From Thermofilaceae archaeon (GTDB taxonomy: Archaea > Thermoproteota > Thermoprotei > Thermofilales > Thermofilaceae): DNA of 64,000 nt. The stretch lies in contig JAVYWK010000002.1 in NCBI GenBank assembly GCA_038727095.1, positions 46,336 to 110,335 of the forward strand, written 5' to 3'. The notes under the pieces were generated by a model that made no database searches, was not told where the DNA came from, and saw only the letters and a program-made list of their open reading frames with translations. Positions 9,561-20,622 of this stretch are shown here, piece by piece. How positions within the stretch are numbered: the stretch's first letter is position 1; the number at the start of each line of letters is the position of its first letter. The position numbers and the translations under genes are program-made.

Positions 9561-12221
9561 TCAACCACCTCTTTCGGCGAGCACTTCTTGAATGACCTTG
9601 TTCACATTTACGGGCTCTCCATGATCGCTCTTCGCGGGGTTGATGCCGTCTTCACCGTACCTATACTGTATCACGAAGCCTTCAGACGTCCGCACACTAC
9701 CATCGTAAGCGACGTAGAAGTCCTGAAGTGCGTTTGCCAATCTCCTGTACATGTAGCCGCTCTGCGCAGTTCTAACGGCCGTGTCCACCAAACCCTCTCT
9801 ACCGGCCATTGCGTGGAAGAAGAACTCTGTGGGCTTCAAACCCTCTTTAAATGAGGAGTATACATATCCTCTAGCGCGAGGTCCAACATCGCCAGGCTTG
9901 AAGTGTGGCATTACTCTGTTCGTGAACCCCCTCTTTATACGTTCGCCCCGTAGGGACTGTTGCCCTAGCATCGCGACCATCTGTGTGATGTTTAGCATGT
10001 TGGCTCTAGCTCCTGTTCTCGCCATTATCACTGCCTCTCTCAGCATACCTACGTGACGGCTTGCAAGTTCACCTGCCCTATCCCTCGCCCTCGATAAAAC
10101 CTCTAAGATTCGTTGCTCCAGGGTATCTTCCACGCTCCTCCCTGGAAGAGGTTCGAGCAAGCCCCTTTCGAACATTTCTATATACTTCGCGACGTCTCTT
10201 TCAGCGTCGTTCATCACAGATTTAACGCCCTTCAAAGCCTCTACTGGAATATCGAGGCTGTCCAAGCCTAGTGTGAAACCGTATATATCTAGGTACATTA
10301 CGAAAACCTTGTATAAGCTATCGAGCAACTCTCTACCTTTATCATTACCCATCTTTCTTAGATAATCGTGCAGAAGAGTTCGTGGTACCTGAGAAGCTAT
10401 CGTGTTCTTATCGAAAACTCCGACTAACAGTTCTCCCCTGTCAACGACCACGTAGGAGTCGTACTGGCAGAGCTCTTTAACACATACGTTACATTTGCGA
10501 CATACTGAAGCTTTACCTTCAAAGTTAAAGTTTTTATCTAGGAAAAGGCCTACAAGCTGTTTTCCAGTCCAGTAGGGTCCGGGTTTCAGAATTGCCGGCT
10601 CCGGCAGTGGCCCTTCGTAGCCGCCCTCCATTGATAGGAAAAATATCTTCTTTTTACTCAAGATAGTATCCTTTCTTGTCAGTAAATACGCACCAGTTAT
10701 GTAATCGTGGAGACCACCTATTATCGGAGCGCCGTAGCGGGGCGATAGGATCTGCTCTTGAACCAGCATTAGAGTTAACGCCTCAGCCCTGGCTTCCTCG
10801 TTCTGAGGCACGTGAAGGTTCATTTCGTCCCCATCGAAGTCAGCGTTGTATGGCGGGCAAACTAGAAGGTTCAGTCGAAACGTCTTATACGGTAGTACTC
10901 TTACCTTGTGCGCCATTATCGACATGCGGTGCAGCGAGGGCTGCCTGTTGAAGAGCACAATGTCACCATCCTGGAGGTGCCTTTCCACCACATAGCCAGG
11001 TTTAAGAGCTTCAGCTAAAGCAGCTCTATCTCTGACGAAGCGTAAGTCGATTCTACCGCCATCCGGTCGAACGATGTAATTCGCCCCAGGGTACTCGTGA
11101 GGTCCTCTCCTAACAAGATCTCTTAACCTCTCAAGGTTCCACGGGGTAACCCTTTCCGGTACCACTAGAACCTTCGCAACCTCGATTGGTACTCCAACCT
11201 CATTGATGCTTAGCTTTGGATCCGGGGATATTACAGTCCTGGCCGAAAAGTCGACGCGCTTACCGGCCAAGCTTCCTCTGAAGCGCCCCTCCTTACCCCT
11301 GAGGCGCTGTGCCAGTGTCCTAAGCGGTCTCCCCGATTTATGCTTAGCTGGCGGGATTCCCGGAAGCTCGTTGTCAAATAACGTTGCAACGTGGTACTGG
11401 AGCAGACTCCAGAGATCATCGATTACCAGTTGAGGTGCACCTTCCTCAACGCTCTCCTTCAACCTCTGATTTATCCTTAGCAAATCTACAAGCTTATGCG
11501 TTATGTCGTCCTCCGATCTCATGCCGGACTCAAGAGTAATAGTCGGCCTTACCGTTATGGGAGAAACTGGAAGGACTGTGAGGACCATCCATTCGGGCCT
11601 AGCGCTCTGGGGATCCATGCCCAATGCCTCGAGATCCTCGTTGGGTATCCTCTCAAGCCTCTCACGGATCTCAGAGGGCCTCAGGATTACCGAACCACCC
11701 TCTCTCTCTTCGTAAAAAGTGTAGGGTTTCTCGAAGCGAATCTTGTACTGTTGAGCTTGACAGTGAGGGCATGTTGTATACTTTGAGGCTTTTTTAGCTA
11801 CATTCTCTCCATACTTGTATTTAAGAAGCGGCCACCGCGCCTCTAATTGCTTCGCTCTCCTCCTCGCCTTCTCTATCTCGTCCTGAGGGAGCAGTAGCCG
11901 GCCACATACTCTGCACGTGGCTTTGAGGAGCAGGAAGATGTGTTTGGCGAAGAGAGGGTGCACCACTGGCCTAGCCAGCTCAATGTGCCCGAAGTGACCT
12001 GGACAAAAGGCTATGAAGTTCCCGCAGGTTTCGCAGCGAACTCCGGGCTCAACGGTCCCCAATCGGCGATCCATCGGGCCGCCTCGGATCGGTATCCCCT
12101 CCTCATCGTACGTCTCTGGGATTACGATTTGCGTGATGGATAGCGCTCTTATGAAGTCCGGGGATAAAATGCCGAACTTTATTCCGCCGATCGTTTTAGT
12201 CTCTTCAAACTGCATCGACAT
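9561..12221 (-). CDS. rpoA1: RNA polymerase subunit A' (Rpo1N)
   Basis: CPGHFGHIEL, catalytic YNADFDGDEMN, GREGLVDTAVRT; no intein seen. Confidence 0.98.
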   Translation of the reverse strand: MSMQFEETKTIGGIKFGILSPDFIRALSITQIVIPETYDEEGIPIRGGPMDRRLGTVEPGVRCETCGNFIAFCPGHFGHIELARPVVHPLFAKHIFLLLKATCRVCGRLLLPQDEIEKARRRAKQLEARWPLLKYKYGENVAKKASKYTTCPHCQAQQYKIRFEKPYTFYEEREGGSVILRPSEIRERLERIPNEDLEALGMDPQSARPEWMVLTVLPVSPITVRPTITLESGMRSEDDITHKLVDLLRINQRLKESVEEGAPQLVIDDLWSLLQYHVATLFDNELPGIPPAKHKSGRPLRTLAQRLRGKEGRFRGSLAGKRVDFSARTVISPDPKLSINEVGVPIEVAKVLVVPERVTPWNLERLRDLVRRGPHEYPGANYIVRPDGGRIDLRFVRDRAALAEALKPGYVVERHLQDGDIVLFNRQPSLHRMSIMAHKVRVLPYKTFRLNLLVCPPYNADFDGDEMNLHVPQNEEARAEALTLMLVQEQILSPRYGAPIIGGLHDYITGAYLLTRKDTILSKKKIFFLSMEGGYEGPLPEPAILKPGPYWTGKQLVGLFLDKNFNFEGKASVCRKCNVCVKELCQYDSYVVVDRGELLVGVFDKNTIASQVPRTLLHDYLRKMGNDKGRELLDSLYKVFVMYLDIYGFTLGLDSLDIPVEALKGVKSVMNDAERDVAKYIEMFERGLLEPLPGRSVEDTLEQRILEVLSRARDRAGELASRHVGMLREAVIMARTGARANMLNITQMVAMLGQQSLRGERIKRGFTNRVMPHFKPGDVGPRARGYVYSSFKEGLKPTEFFFHAMAGREGLVDTAVRTAQSGYMYRRLANALQDFYVAYDGSVRTSEGFVIQYRYGEDGINPAKSDHGEPVNVNKVIQEVLAERGG

Positions 12222-15200
12222 TCACACCACCTCCACCTTGTCTTTCAGAATTAGCTTGGGTGCAATTCCTAGGCTCATAAGCTCCTGAAGTAGGAGTTTA
12301 AAGGCGTATGAAACGTATATCGGATAGAGCTCGCTTTTATCCCTGCATATAGGGCACGTTGGTTCGTTCTTCCTCGCGTCGTACCATCCTAGGAAACCGC
12401 AGTTATTACAAACGAATATCACGGTCTTGTCGGAGGATTCGAACAACCTCTCCCTGAGCAGTATAGACGCGCCATGACCCACTAAGCAGTCCTTCTCCAT
12501 CTCACCGAATCTCAGGCCGCCCTCTCGCGCTCTGCCCTCTGTAGGCTGTCTCGTCAGAATCTGCACCCGGCCGCGCGCTCTCGCATGAATCTTGTCTGCC
12601 ACCATGTGGTGAAGCTTCTGGTAGTAGACCACGCCAATGAAGATTTCCGCTTCCAGTCTTTCGCCGGTAACGCCGTTATATAGAACCTCTTTTCCGTCAC
12701 TTCTGAAGCCTAGCGTATGCAGAAGTTCTCTAAGTTGCTCTTCTGGCGTACCCTCGAATGCTGTAGCATCGATTGTGCGTCCCGTGAGTGAAGCAACTTT
12801 ACCAGCTAGCGACTCCAGGAGTTGCCCTACGGTCATTCGTGAGGGAATAGCGTGAGGGTTGATTAGGATGTCAGGAACTACACCGTCTTCCGTAAAGGGC
12901 ATGTCCTCGGCCGGTAAAATCAGGCCGATCACCCCTTTCTGGCCGTGACGCGAAGCAAATTTGTCGCCAAGCTCGGGGATCCGTGGGTCTCTCACTCTAA
13001 CTTTCACTAGCCTATTCCCGTCAGCATCTTCAGCGATCACGACGCGGTCCGCAATCCCCGATTCGCTGGGTCTGATGCTAATCGAGGTGTCCCTCCTTCT
13101 CGTCGTTGCTCTAGGCTCGAAGAAGCTGCTAATAAAGCGCGGTGGGCTCGTTTTACCTATTATCACTTCACCGCCTTTAACATCCGACTCGGGGAAGACT
13201 ATGCCGTCTCTCGGATCAAGCTTTATGTATGCCTCCTTTGAACGATAACCCATTACATCATCAGAGGGTACTTCGATTCTATCCTCCTGTCCTCCAGGGT
13301 ACTTCGTCTCCACGGTTTCGTAGGTTCTAAAGAACGTTGATCGTGCTAACCCTCTTTCGATAGCCGCTTTGTTAATTACGATAGCGTCCTGGATGTTGTA
13401 GCCCGCTCCGGTTAAAACAGCGACGATCACGTTCTGGCCGAAGGGCCTCTCATCAAGCTCCACCAGATCGAATACTCTTGTGCGGACTAAGGCTTTCTGC
13501 GGATAGTGGAGGAAGTGCATCCTCGGATCCATCCTGTGAAGGAAGTTAGCCATCGAGAAGCCTAGAGCCTGCTTAGCCATCGCAGCCTCGTAGCTGTTAC
13601 GTGGAGACTGGTTATGCTCAGGGTATGGTATCACAGATGCTACGACGCCCAGTATGGCAGCCGGCGAAATCTCGAGGTGTGTGGTTTCCTCGTTCACTTC
13701 ATCGATCGAAGGAGCAATGAGCGCGTTCTCCTCTTCTTCAGGATCCAAGTATTCTACAATCCCCCGTCTCACGAGGTCGCTCCAACTCCACTCACCACTC
13801 TTTAACTTCTCTATGTCTTGCTTTCTTAACTTCAACTTACCGTTTTCAACAACGAGCAAAGATCTTCGAATTCTACCGCCGTCACAGTTTATGTAAATCT
13901 CATCGATTTTTTCTGTTTTATAACGAACAACATTAACCTCGTGATGGATTTTGCCCTGCCTCCTCAGCTCCCTGATAATCTTCGCTAATGCATCGCCATT
14001 CTCGTGCAAGCCGATCAGCTTCATGTTGACGTAGACCTTTGTTCCAGAGATGCCTTTCTCTCGCGCCTCTCGTATCGGTATGACCCCGAGCTTATTTACC
14101 AGTACGTCGCTGATGCTTTCTTCATCTATACCTATCGAGATCATCGCAAGCAGGGCCAGGTTTTTCACAAGACCACAGTTCTGGCCTTCGGGGCTTTCAA
14201 CAGGGCATAGCATCCCCCAATGAGTTGCGTGGAGTTCACGCGCCTCGAAATGCGGCTGGGTCCGGCTAAGGGGTGAGACAACCCTCCTCAAGTGGCTGAT
14301 CGTTGATAGGTAGTTCGTGCGGTCGAGAATCTGACTTACACCGGTGCGGCCGCCCGGCCAGTTCCCAGTTGCCAGCGCGCTCCTCAGCTTATCCGTGATG
14401 ACGTCGGCTCTCGCTAGGGTGAGGAGATTGATCTCCCTAGTCTTGCCCCTGCTCTTCTCAAGCTGATAGCCTAGATCCTTTACGAACTGTTTAAACGCCT
14501 GCCGAAACACGCTTGCCATTAAATCTCCAGCGAGCTTGAAGCGTTTGTTAGCGAGATGGTCCTTATCGTCCGGTGATCGTCGGCCTAAGACCAGCTCGAT
14601 CAACCTTTCGACCATTTGACTCAGGAAGTAGGCCTTATCCAGCCTGTTTTCTGGCTTAGTACCCAAATGGGGGAGGAAGTATTGATCAATAACCTGCTGG
14701 GCGCGCTCTAGCCTGACATTCTTCGGCTGCCCTACGGCCACTCGAGCACCTATGTAGTCAAGGGCATCATCGATGGTCATCGCGATTCGGCTTTGCTCAA
14801 GAAGGGAGGGATAGAGCTCATTTAGGATCTCTGGATCGCTCGTAATAGCATTAACGATCTCACGGTCACTCTCAAGCCCTAGCGCCCGCATCATCACAAC
14901 CAATGGCACACGTGAGGGGATCGAGGGGAAGCTAACGTAGAACTGCCCGTCCTTCGTCCTTTCCACGGTCACTGGTATCCTATAGGCAGCAGTCGAGGAG
15001 AATACCTTAGCAACGTGCGTTACCGAACCCCCAGTTGGCCCGTAATCTACAAGGATCCTGTTAACGGCCAGGTCCTCCTGGACTATGAGTACCCTTTCCG
15101 AGCCGTTGACAATGAAGTATCCCCCAGGATCCTTTGGATCCTCCCCCACTTTCACCTGCTCTTCTCTGCTCATCTTTGAAAGAGGGCATTTCACCGATTT

Positions 15201-15575
15201 GACCATGATGGGGAGATCTCCGATATAGATTGTTGCCCTATCCTTCTCTTCTCCTTCTTCTACTAAGATCATTTCTAGGAAGAGGGGTGCTGCATAAGTT
15301 AGGTTCCTGAGTCTGGCCTCCATCGGTAGTATGGAGCTCTCTGAGCCATCGGCTTCCTTTACCCTGGGATTACCTACAGTAATTTTCCCAAAAACTACCT
15401 TTAAGCCTGGAATCCCAGATTCAACAGACCCTACTTCATTAATTATTTCTTGAAGTGTTTTTTCCACGAACTTGTTGTAAGAATCTAAATGTTGGCGTAC
15501 AAGACCATGCTCACGGATGAATGTTTCTATGAGGACCCATGCATCCTCTTTGCTATACTTCCATTCCTCGTCCAT
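12222..15575 (-). CDS. rpoB: RNA polymerase subunit B (Rpo2), unsplit
   Basis: GGYFIVNGSERV, GDKFASRHGQKG, GGLRFGEMEKD in one 1117-aa ORF. Confidence 0.98.
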   Translation of the reverse strand: MDEEWKYSKEDAWVLIETFIREHGLVRQHLDSYNKFVEKTLQEIINEVGSVESGIPGLKVVFGKITVGNPRVKEADGSESSILPMEARLRNLTYAAPLFLEMILVEEGEEKDRATIYIGDLPIMVKSVKCPLSKMSREEQVKVGEDPKDPGGYFIVNGSERVLIVQEDLAVNRILVDYGPTGGSVTHVAKVFSSTAAYRIPVTVERTKDGQFYVSFPSIPSRVPLVVMMRALGLESDREIVNAITSDPEILNELYPSLLEQSRIAMTIDDALDYIGARVAVGQPKNVRLERAQQVIDQYFLPHLGTKPENRLDKAYFLSQMVERLIELVLGRRSPDDKDHLANKRFKLAGDLMASVFRQAFKQFVKDLGYQLEKSRGKTREINLLTLARADVITDKLRSALATGNWPGGRTGVSQILDRTNYLSTISHLRRVVSPLSRTQPHFEARELHATHWGMLCPVESPEGQNCGLVKNLALLAMISIGIDEESISDVLVNKLGVIPIREAREKGISGTKVYVNMKLIGLHENGDALAKIIRELRRQGKIHHEVNVVRYKTEKIDEIYINCDGGRIRRSLLVVENGKLKLRKQDIEKLKSGEWSWSDLVRRGIVEYLDPEEEENALIAPSIDEVNEETTHLEISPAAILGVVASVIPYPEHNQSPRNSYEAAMAKQALGFSMANFLHRMDPRMHFLHYPQKALVRTRVFDLVELDERPFGQNVIVAVLTGAGYNIQDAIVINKAAIERGLARSTFFRTYETVETKYPGGQEDRIEVPSDDVMGYRSKEAYIKLDPRDGIVFPESDVKGGEVIIGKTSPPRFISSFFEPRATTRRRDTSISIRPSESGIADRVVIAEDADGNRLVKVRVRDPRIPELGDKFASRHGQKGVIGLILPAEDMPFTEDGVVPDILINPHAIPSRMTVGQLLESLAGKVASLTGRTIDATAFEGTPEEQLRELLHTLGFRSDGKEVLYNGVTGERLEAEIFIGVVYYQKLHHMVADKIHARARGRVQILTRQPTEGRAREGGLRFGEMEKDCLVGHGASILLRERLFESSDKTVIFVCNNCGFLGWYDARKNEPTCPICRDKSELYPIYVSYAFKLLLQELMSLGIAPKLILKDKVEVV

Positions 15576-15578
15576 AAG

Positions 15579-15824
15579 CTACCCCCTCACTACCACTCTG
15601 AAGGCAACAGATACTCCTGCGGTGGGGCTCTTCCTCACTATCATGACCACATCGCCAGGCTTAGCTCCAATGGCTTTCGCAACAGGATCAGAAGCAAGCA
15701 GCCAGGGGAGTTGACGCCTAGTGACACCCATTCTCTTGAGAATCCTAGAGGCCTCCTCCTTGCTCAACAGTATATGCTGTGGTACGAGCTCGTGCTCGAG
15801 AATGTTTACTTTCCGTGTACCCAT
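15579..15824 (-). CDS. rpoH: RNA polymerase subunit H (Rpo5)
   Basis: [22 protein letters not shown]. Confidence 0.97.
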   Translation of the reverse strand: MGTRKVNILEHELVPQHILLSKEEASRILKRMGVTRRQLPWLLASDPVAKAIGAKPGDVVMIVRKSPTAGVSVAFRVVVRG

Positions 15825-15847
15825 AGCTCTTGGCCCGAGGGAGGCGC

Positions 15848-15857
15848 TCTATATAAA
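15848..15857 (-). promoter_or_regulatory. TATA box of the rpoH-B-A'-A'' operon
   Basis: Minus strand TTTATATA about 25-30 nt upstream of the rpoH ATG. Confidence 0.65.
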
Positions 15858-15921
15858 GTTTAAGCTAGTAAGACGTGGAAAGGGGAAAGAAATGCTGTAA
15901 CGTAGCTGTAAACAGGCCGGT

Positions 15922-18402
15922 CTAGAGTTCGTCTACGCGCCTAGCCCAAACGTCTGGTAGGCCTTTCCTTCTTCTGCGCATTGGCCAGCCGAGCTCTTCG
16001 TCGTATCGCTCAATGCCTAGTGATTTCTCAATGAGGATTCTCCTCTCTATAGCTGCAACAAGCTCCCTAGTTCGGACAACGACGTCCGGGTTAACGCTCA
16101 CGCTATCGATACCGTGCCTCACCAGGAACTCCGTGAACTCGGGGTATACGGAGGGGGCTTGGCCACAAATGCTGACCGTCCTGTATCCGTACGGTGAGTT
16201 ATGGGCCTTCTCAATCAGCATAGCTATGGCAGTTTTGACAGCCGGGTCTCTTTCGTCAAAGTACCTCGGATCGATCTTCGGTAGAATAGCGCTGTCTCTG
16301 TCAGTTCCGAGCGTTAACTGGGTTAAGTCGTTGCTCCCTATGCTGAAGCCGTCGAAGTACCTTGAGAACTCCTCCGCTAGGAAGACTATGCTCGGTACTT
16401 CAGCCATTGCCCAGATTTTGAAGTCTCTGCTGCTCTCAAGACCCTCCTCTGCTAAGATTTTATTGAACCTCTCAGCTTCCCATAGGGTTCTCACAAACGG
16501 CGCCATGACCCAAACGTTGGTGAGTCCCATTTCATCCCTTACCTTCTTGATCGCTCGAACCTCAAGGCGGAAAGCCTTCTCGTATTGCGGGCTAATGTAC
16601 CTGCTAACACCACGCCAGCCTATCATCGGGTTGTCCTCGTGAGGCTCGTACTTTTCACCGCCAGCTAGCTGCCTATACTCGTTCGTCTTGAAGTCGCTGA
16701 ACCTGACCACAATGGGCCTTGGATAGATCTCTCTTGCAACCATCGCTACGCCTTCGGCCATTCTATCGACAAGAACGTCGCCCCTTCCCGTCTCGAACAG
16801 GTAAAGCGGGTGCTCCTTGACCCAGCTGGCCATAATGAACTCAACTCTCATCAGACCGATACCGTCGAACGGTAGGTCCTTGTACTCGTGTATCTTGTCG
16901 GGTACTCCCAGGTTCATGTAGATCTTCGTAGCGGTTACGGGCTTCAGGATGATCTCGATCGGTGCTGCTAAAGCCGGGGCGGGCTTCTCCTCCTTCTTGC
17001 CCAGCAGTTCCTCGATGTAACCCTCGTACACGACGCCCGCTCTCGCATCAACAGTGTATCCCTCACCCGTCCTCATGACCTTGGTCGCTTCACGCGTACC
17101 CACGATGCAGGGGATACCGAGCTCCCTGCTGACAATCGCAGCGTGTGCGGTCATTCCGCCCTCGTCAGTCACAATCGCGGCGGCGAGCCTCATGTAGGGT
17201 ACCCAATCCGGATCTGTCATTTTCGTCACAAGGATGTCGCCCTTCTGCATCAGCTTCTTCGCGTCCTCCAGAGTGAGACAGACTTTAGCGACGCCGTAAA
17301 CCACACCAGGGCTTGCAGGTAATCCCTTCACTACAGGCTTCGCCTCCGCCAACCTAACAGCCTTCTCCTCAGCCGGTTTCGCTTCCACGGCTTTCGCACT
17401 CCATACCGTCTCGGGCCTTGCCTGAACTATGAACACGCTCTGAGGGAACTTGAGATCTCTATCGACAGCCCATTCGATATCCATCGGCCTACCATAGTGC
17501 TTTTCGATCTTGACCGCAAGCTCAGCGAGCATGCGAACCTCGTCGTCATTTAAAGCGGGTGCGTTCCTTCTCCCAAGCTCTACTTCCCGTTCAATGTTCC
17601 GGCCGGTTGCAGGATCCCTAACTAGCTCTCTTACTTTCTCTGAAACCCTTCTCTCTACGATTTGAAGCGTATTCTTATCAACCACCCATTCATCAGGTGT
17701 TACCTTACCGGCTACGACGGACTCTCCCAAACCCCAGGCTCCCTCAATAACGATTTTATCCTTCTCACCAGTAACCGGGTGTATCGTGAACATCACTCCA
17801 GCTGATCTAGAGTTCACCATCTTCTGGACAGCAACACTAATCAGAACCTTCTCGTGCGCGAAGCCCTTGCTCTCCCTGTAGAAGATAGCTCGCGGAGTGA
17901 AGAGGCTCGACCAGCACTTCTTAACCTTCTCCACGACCTCGTCCTCGCCCTTCACGTTAAGGTAGGTCTCCTGCTGTCCTGCAAAGCTCGCATCCGGAAG
18001 ATCCTCCGCAGTCGCGCTACTACGGACCGCTACGAACTCCTCCGCTTTACCCAAACGCTCACATAACTCCCTGTAAGCTTTTCGAATAGCCTCTTCAATA
18101 TCCTTTGGCATGGGAGTCCTTTCGATCAATTCCCTAATCTCGCGGCTAGCTTCGATGTAATCCTCAGGCGCCGAGGCACCTGGTCTTACCCGCTCTCTTA
18201 AGATCCTTTGTATCTCATCCCTGATCCCCGTCTCCTCTATGAACTTCCTGTAGGCGTATGCCGTAACTGCGAAGCCGGGTGGCACGGGAATACCCGCGCG
18301 GATCATCTCGCCCAGGTTTGCGTTCTTACCGCCGACCAGTGGTACGTCATCCTTCGTTAACTCCTCAAACCACAGTATAACTTCTGTGGCCTTATCCTTC
18401 AT
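15922..18402 (-). CDS. ppsA: Phosphoenolpyruvate synthase (pyruvate,water dikinase)
   Basis: [34 protein letters not shown], phospho-His [19 protein letters not shown]. Confidence 0.96.
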   Translation of the reverse strand: MKDKATEVILWFEELTKDDVPLVGGKNANLGEMIRAGIPVPPGFAVTAYAYRKFIEETGIRDEIQRILRERVRPGASAPEDYIEASREIRELIERTPMPKDIEEAIRKAYRELCERLGKAEEFVAVRSSATAEDLPDASFAGQQETYLNVKGEDEVVEKVKKCWSSLFTPRAIFYRESKGFAHEKVLISVAVQKMVNSRSAGVMFTIHPVTGEKDKIVIEGAWGLGESVVAGKVTPDEWVVDKNTLQIVERRVSEKVRELVRDPATGRNIEREVELGRRNAPALNDDEVRMLAELAVKIEKHYGRPMDIEWAVDRDLKFPQSVFIVQARPETVWSAKAVEAKPAEEKAVRLAEAKPVVKGLPASPGVVYGVAKVCLTLEDAKKLMQKGDILVTKMTDPDWVPYMRLAAAIVTDEGGMTAHAAIVSRELGIPCIVGTREATKVMRTGEGYTVDARAGVVYEGYIEELLGKKEEKPAPALAAPIEIILKPVTATKIYMNLGVPDKIHEYKDLPFDGIGLMRVEFIMASWVKEHPLYLFETGRGDVLVDRMAEGVAMVAREIYPRPIVVRFSDFKTNEYRQLAGGEKYEPHEDNPMIGWRGVSRYISPQYEKAFRLEVRAIKKVRDEMGLTNVWVMAPFVRTLWEAERFNKILAEEGLESSRDFKIWAMAEVPSIVFLAEEFSRYFDGFSIGSNDLTQLTLGTDRDSAILPKIDPRYFDERDPAVKTAIAMLIEKAHNSPYGYRTVSICGQAPSVYPEFTEFLVRHGIDSVSVNPDVVVRTRELVAAIERRILIEKSLGIERYDEELGWPMRRRRKGLPDVWARRVDEL

Positions 18403-18616
18403 CCTGTTCCCAGGGGGTGTTGTAGTCTCGCCTTAAGAGCTTTCCTTACTGAGCAAAACGCGAGTAATGTGCAACATGAGTCATGATAACGCGCGGGCTC
18501 TCAACGAGGGGTTGAGACAAATCTCAGGCCTCATTCCGCATGAATATCCAACTTAACTTTTATTTTATAGATTTTTAATAACCAACTATAATATTAATTA
18601 TGAAAATTTTACATCA

Positions 18617-18913
18617 TTATGGTTTTCGTCTTAAAAACTTTAATTCTTTTTCTACTCGTGCTCGAAGAACCTCGTCGAGAAACTCACTTTTACTCCCAAG
18701 CTTCATTATCGTTGATACTGCGATCACGTGGGAGCAGATACCCCGCCCTCTAAAGCCGGGGCAAGTACAGGAGAGAGCGTCTCCAACAACACGAACTATG
18801 TGCCGGTTCTTCCTTCCCATTACGTAGTACATTAAGTCGCTTATTTTAACTACCCTTCCCTCTTTAATCAGCCAGGCGGCCTTTGAAACCATGCTAGCTC
18901 TTTCATCACTCAT
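18617..18913 (-). CDS. Small SWIM zinc-finger protein
   Basis: CTCPGF-x5-CSHVIAV (CxC...CxH). Confidence 0.8.
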   Translation of the reverse strand: MSDERASMVSKAAWLIKEGRVVKISDLMYYVMGRKNRHIVRVVGDALSCTCPGFRGRGICSHVIAVSTIMKLGSKSEFLDEVLRARVEKELKFLRRKP

Positions 18914-18953
18914 GATTCATTCCCCAGTGCATTGCTTGCCACGTGCCAATGCG

Positions 18954-19388
18954 TTAGAAAGGCTTCACGGGACTAATGGCTCCACAAGCTAGGCATCTGA
19001 GCTGCATTATCCTTCTCTCCTCTCTCTTGAGGATGGTATCAGGACTGCCGCACACCGGACAGTAAACGTATCCCTTCATGAAGACGCTGAGTAAGCTGGC
19101 AACCATCTTTGGGGTTGTTATACCGTATATCACTGCGACGTCGCCCTCAATGTTCCCCGAAGCTCCCAGCTCCTTGAGTAGAAACCTCAATACAAGGCGC
19201 GGCTCACGGTTGATGATGTCGCAAATTTTCTTGAAGTTCATTATGAACGTTCTTTTCCCAGATACTACAACGTCGGGTGGCTCAACTTCCAGCCTTTCCC
19301 TTCTCGTGGTCTTCTCAGGCAGCAGCTTGTACGCTCTCTCGAGCAGCGTCTCGTAATCGAGATGTTCTTCCACACAATCTGGGTTCAC
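18954..19388 (-). CDS. eif2b: Translation initiation factor 2 beta subunit
   Basis: YETLLERAY, FLLKELG, YVYCPVCGSPDT, CLACGA. Confidence 0.95.
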   Translation of the reverse strand: MNPDCVEEHLDYETLLERAYKLLPEKTTRRERLEVEPPDVVVSGKRTFIMNFKKICDIINREPRLVLRFLLKELGASGNIEGDVAVIYGITTPKMVASLLSVFMKGYVYCPVCGSPDTILKREERRIMQLRCLACGAISPVKPF

Positions 19389-19481
19389 TAGGAGATAAAT
19401 GCGTGTCGCCGCTGCGTCAGACTAAACGCCGCGCAACAGAAAGTATAAATACGCGCTTTGGGGGCACTCAAGCCACTTGAG

Positions 19482-19817
19482 ATGGAGTACTGCCCCAGCT
19501 GTGGTAACTTGCTCCTCCCGAGAAGGAAGGATGGCCAAGTAGTGATAGTGTGCCAGAGGTGCGGTTACGAGAAGACCGTAAGCAATCCTTCTGCATACAG
19601 AGTGACGCGACAAGCGCGCCACGGTCCCGGGGATACCATCCTGGTAATTGATCATGAGGTAAGCGTTGAGACGCTACCTAAAGCCAAGGTTGAGTGTCCA
19701 CGCTGTGGGCACTTAGAGGCATACTACTGGGAAGCTCAAACACGGGCTGGTGACGAACCTGCGACACGATTCTTTAGATGCGTAAAATGCGGCTATACGT
19801 GGCGCGAATACCAATAG
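19482..19817 (+). CDS. tfs: Transcription factor S (TFS)
   Basis: Two Zn ribbons; QTRAGDEPATRFFRC acidic hairpin; ATG 19482 lies about 30 nt after TATAAATA. Confidence 0.95.
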   Translation: MEYCPSCGNLLLPRRKDGQVVIVCQRCGYEKTVSNPSAYRVTRQARHGPGDTILVIDHEVSVETLPKAKVECPRCGHLEAYYWEAQTRAGDEPATRFFRCVKCGYTWREYQ

Positions 19818-19818
19818 C

Positions 19819-19857
19819 TGGCTCGAGCGAGTAGTATAAATACCTACACTCGAGCCA
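19819..19857 (+). promoter_or_regulatory. TATA box of the PCNA operon enclosed by an inverted repeat
   Basis: TGGCTCGAG-CGA-GTAG-TATAAATAC-CTAC-A-CTCGAGCCA. Confidence 0.6.
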
Positions 19858-19871
19858 TTTACACGATTGGT

Positions 19872-20621
19872 ATGCCGTTACTATTCGAGTTCCCACATGC
19901 GCGGGATTGGAGGTACCTCATAGAGAGCTTAGAGACCGTAATCGAAGAGGCGAGCTTCATTGCCGATAACGAGGCCCTCCGCCTTAGAGCGCTCGATAGC
20001 TCGCGCATCGCCATGGTTGATCTGTACCTACCGAGAGAAAGCTTTAGCACGTACGAGATCGATGAGGCGCCTACGAGGATTGGTGTGAACTTCGACGAGT
20101 TTAACAAAATCCTGAAGCGCGCTAAAACCGAAGATAAGATAATATGCCGCGTGGAGGGTGGTAGGCTAAAAGTAACTCTATCGGGTAAAGCTGAGAGAAC
20201 ATTCTCGCTTCCCATCATCAGCACTGAAGGTGGAGAGCTCCCTGTACCTAAGGTAACGTTTGACGTTACAGCTAAGATGGTTTCCGATACGTTTAGAGAC
20301 TCATTGAAAGAGGCTGAGCTTGTAAGTGATACGATTAGATTCGCTGGTGAGCAGAGAGAGTTGAAACTTGCAGCACGCAGCGATAAGGGTGAGTGGGAAG
20401 CGGTTTTCTCAATGGAAAAAGGATCTTTGATAGAGTACGAAGTAAGACAACCTTCATACTCGTCCTACAGTCTGGAGTACCTAGACGAAATTGTGGGTAA
20501 GGCTTACAGGATAAGCGACCTCGTTACTATCGAGTTTTCCACAAACAAACCGTTGTGCCTAACCTTCGACATAGCGGCCGGAGGCATACTCAGGTTCTTC
20601 TTAGCACCGCGGATGGAGTAG
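19872..20621 (+). CDS. pcn: Proliferating cell nuclear antigen
   Basis: LRALDSSRIAMVDL, YSLEYL, FFLAPR. Confidence 0.96.
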   Translation: MPLLFEFPHARDWRYLIESLETVIEEASFIADNEALRLRALDSSRIAMVDLYLPRESFSTYEIDEAPTRIGVNFDEFNKILKRAKTEDKIICRVEGGRLKVTLSGKAERTFSLPIISTEGGELPVPKVTFDVTAKMVSDTFRDSLKEAELVSDTIRFAGEQRELKLAARSDKGEWEAVFSMEKGSLIEYEVRQPSYSSYSLEYLDEIVGKAYRISDLVTIEFSTNKPLCLTFDIAAGGILRFFLAPRME

Positions 20622-20622
20622 A

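Noticed and set aside
9561-15575. Possible inteins in the RNA polymerase subunits (also PolB1)
   Set aside because: Lengths are normal and no intein or homing-endonuclease motifs were seen.
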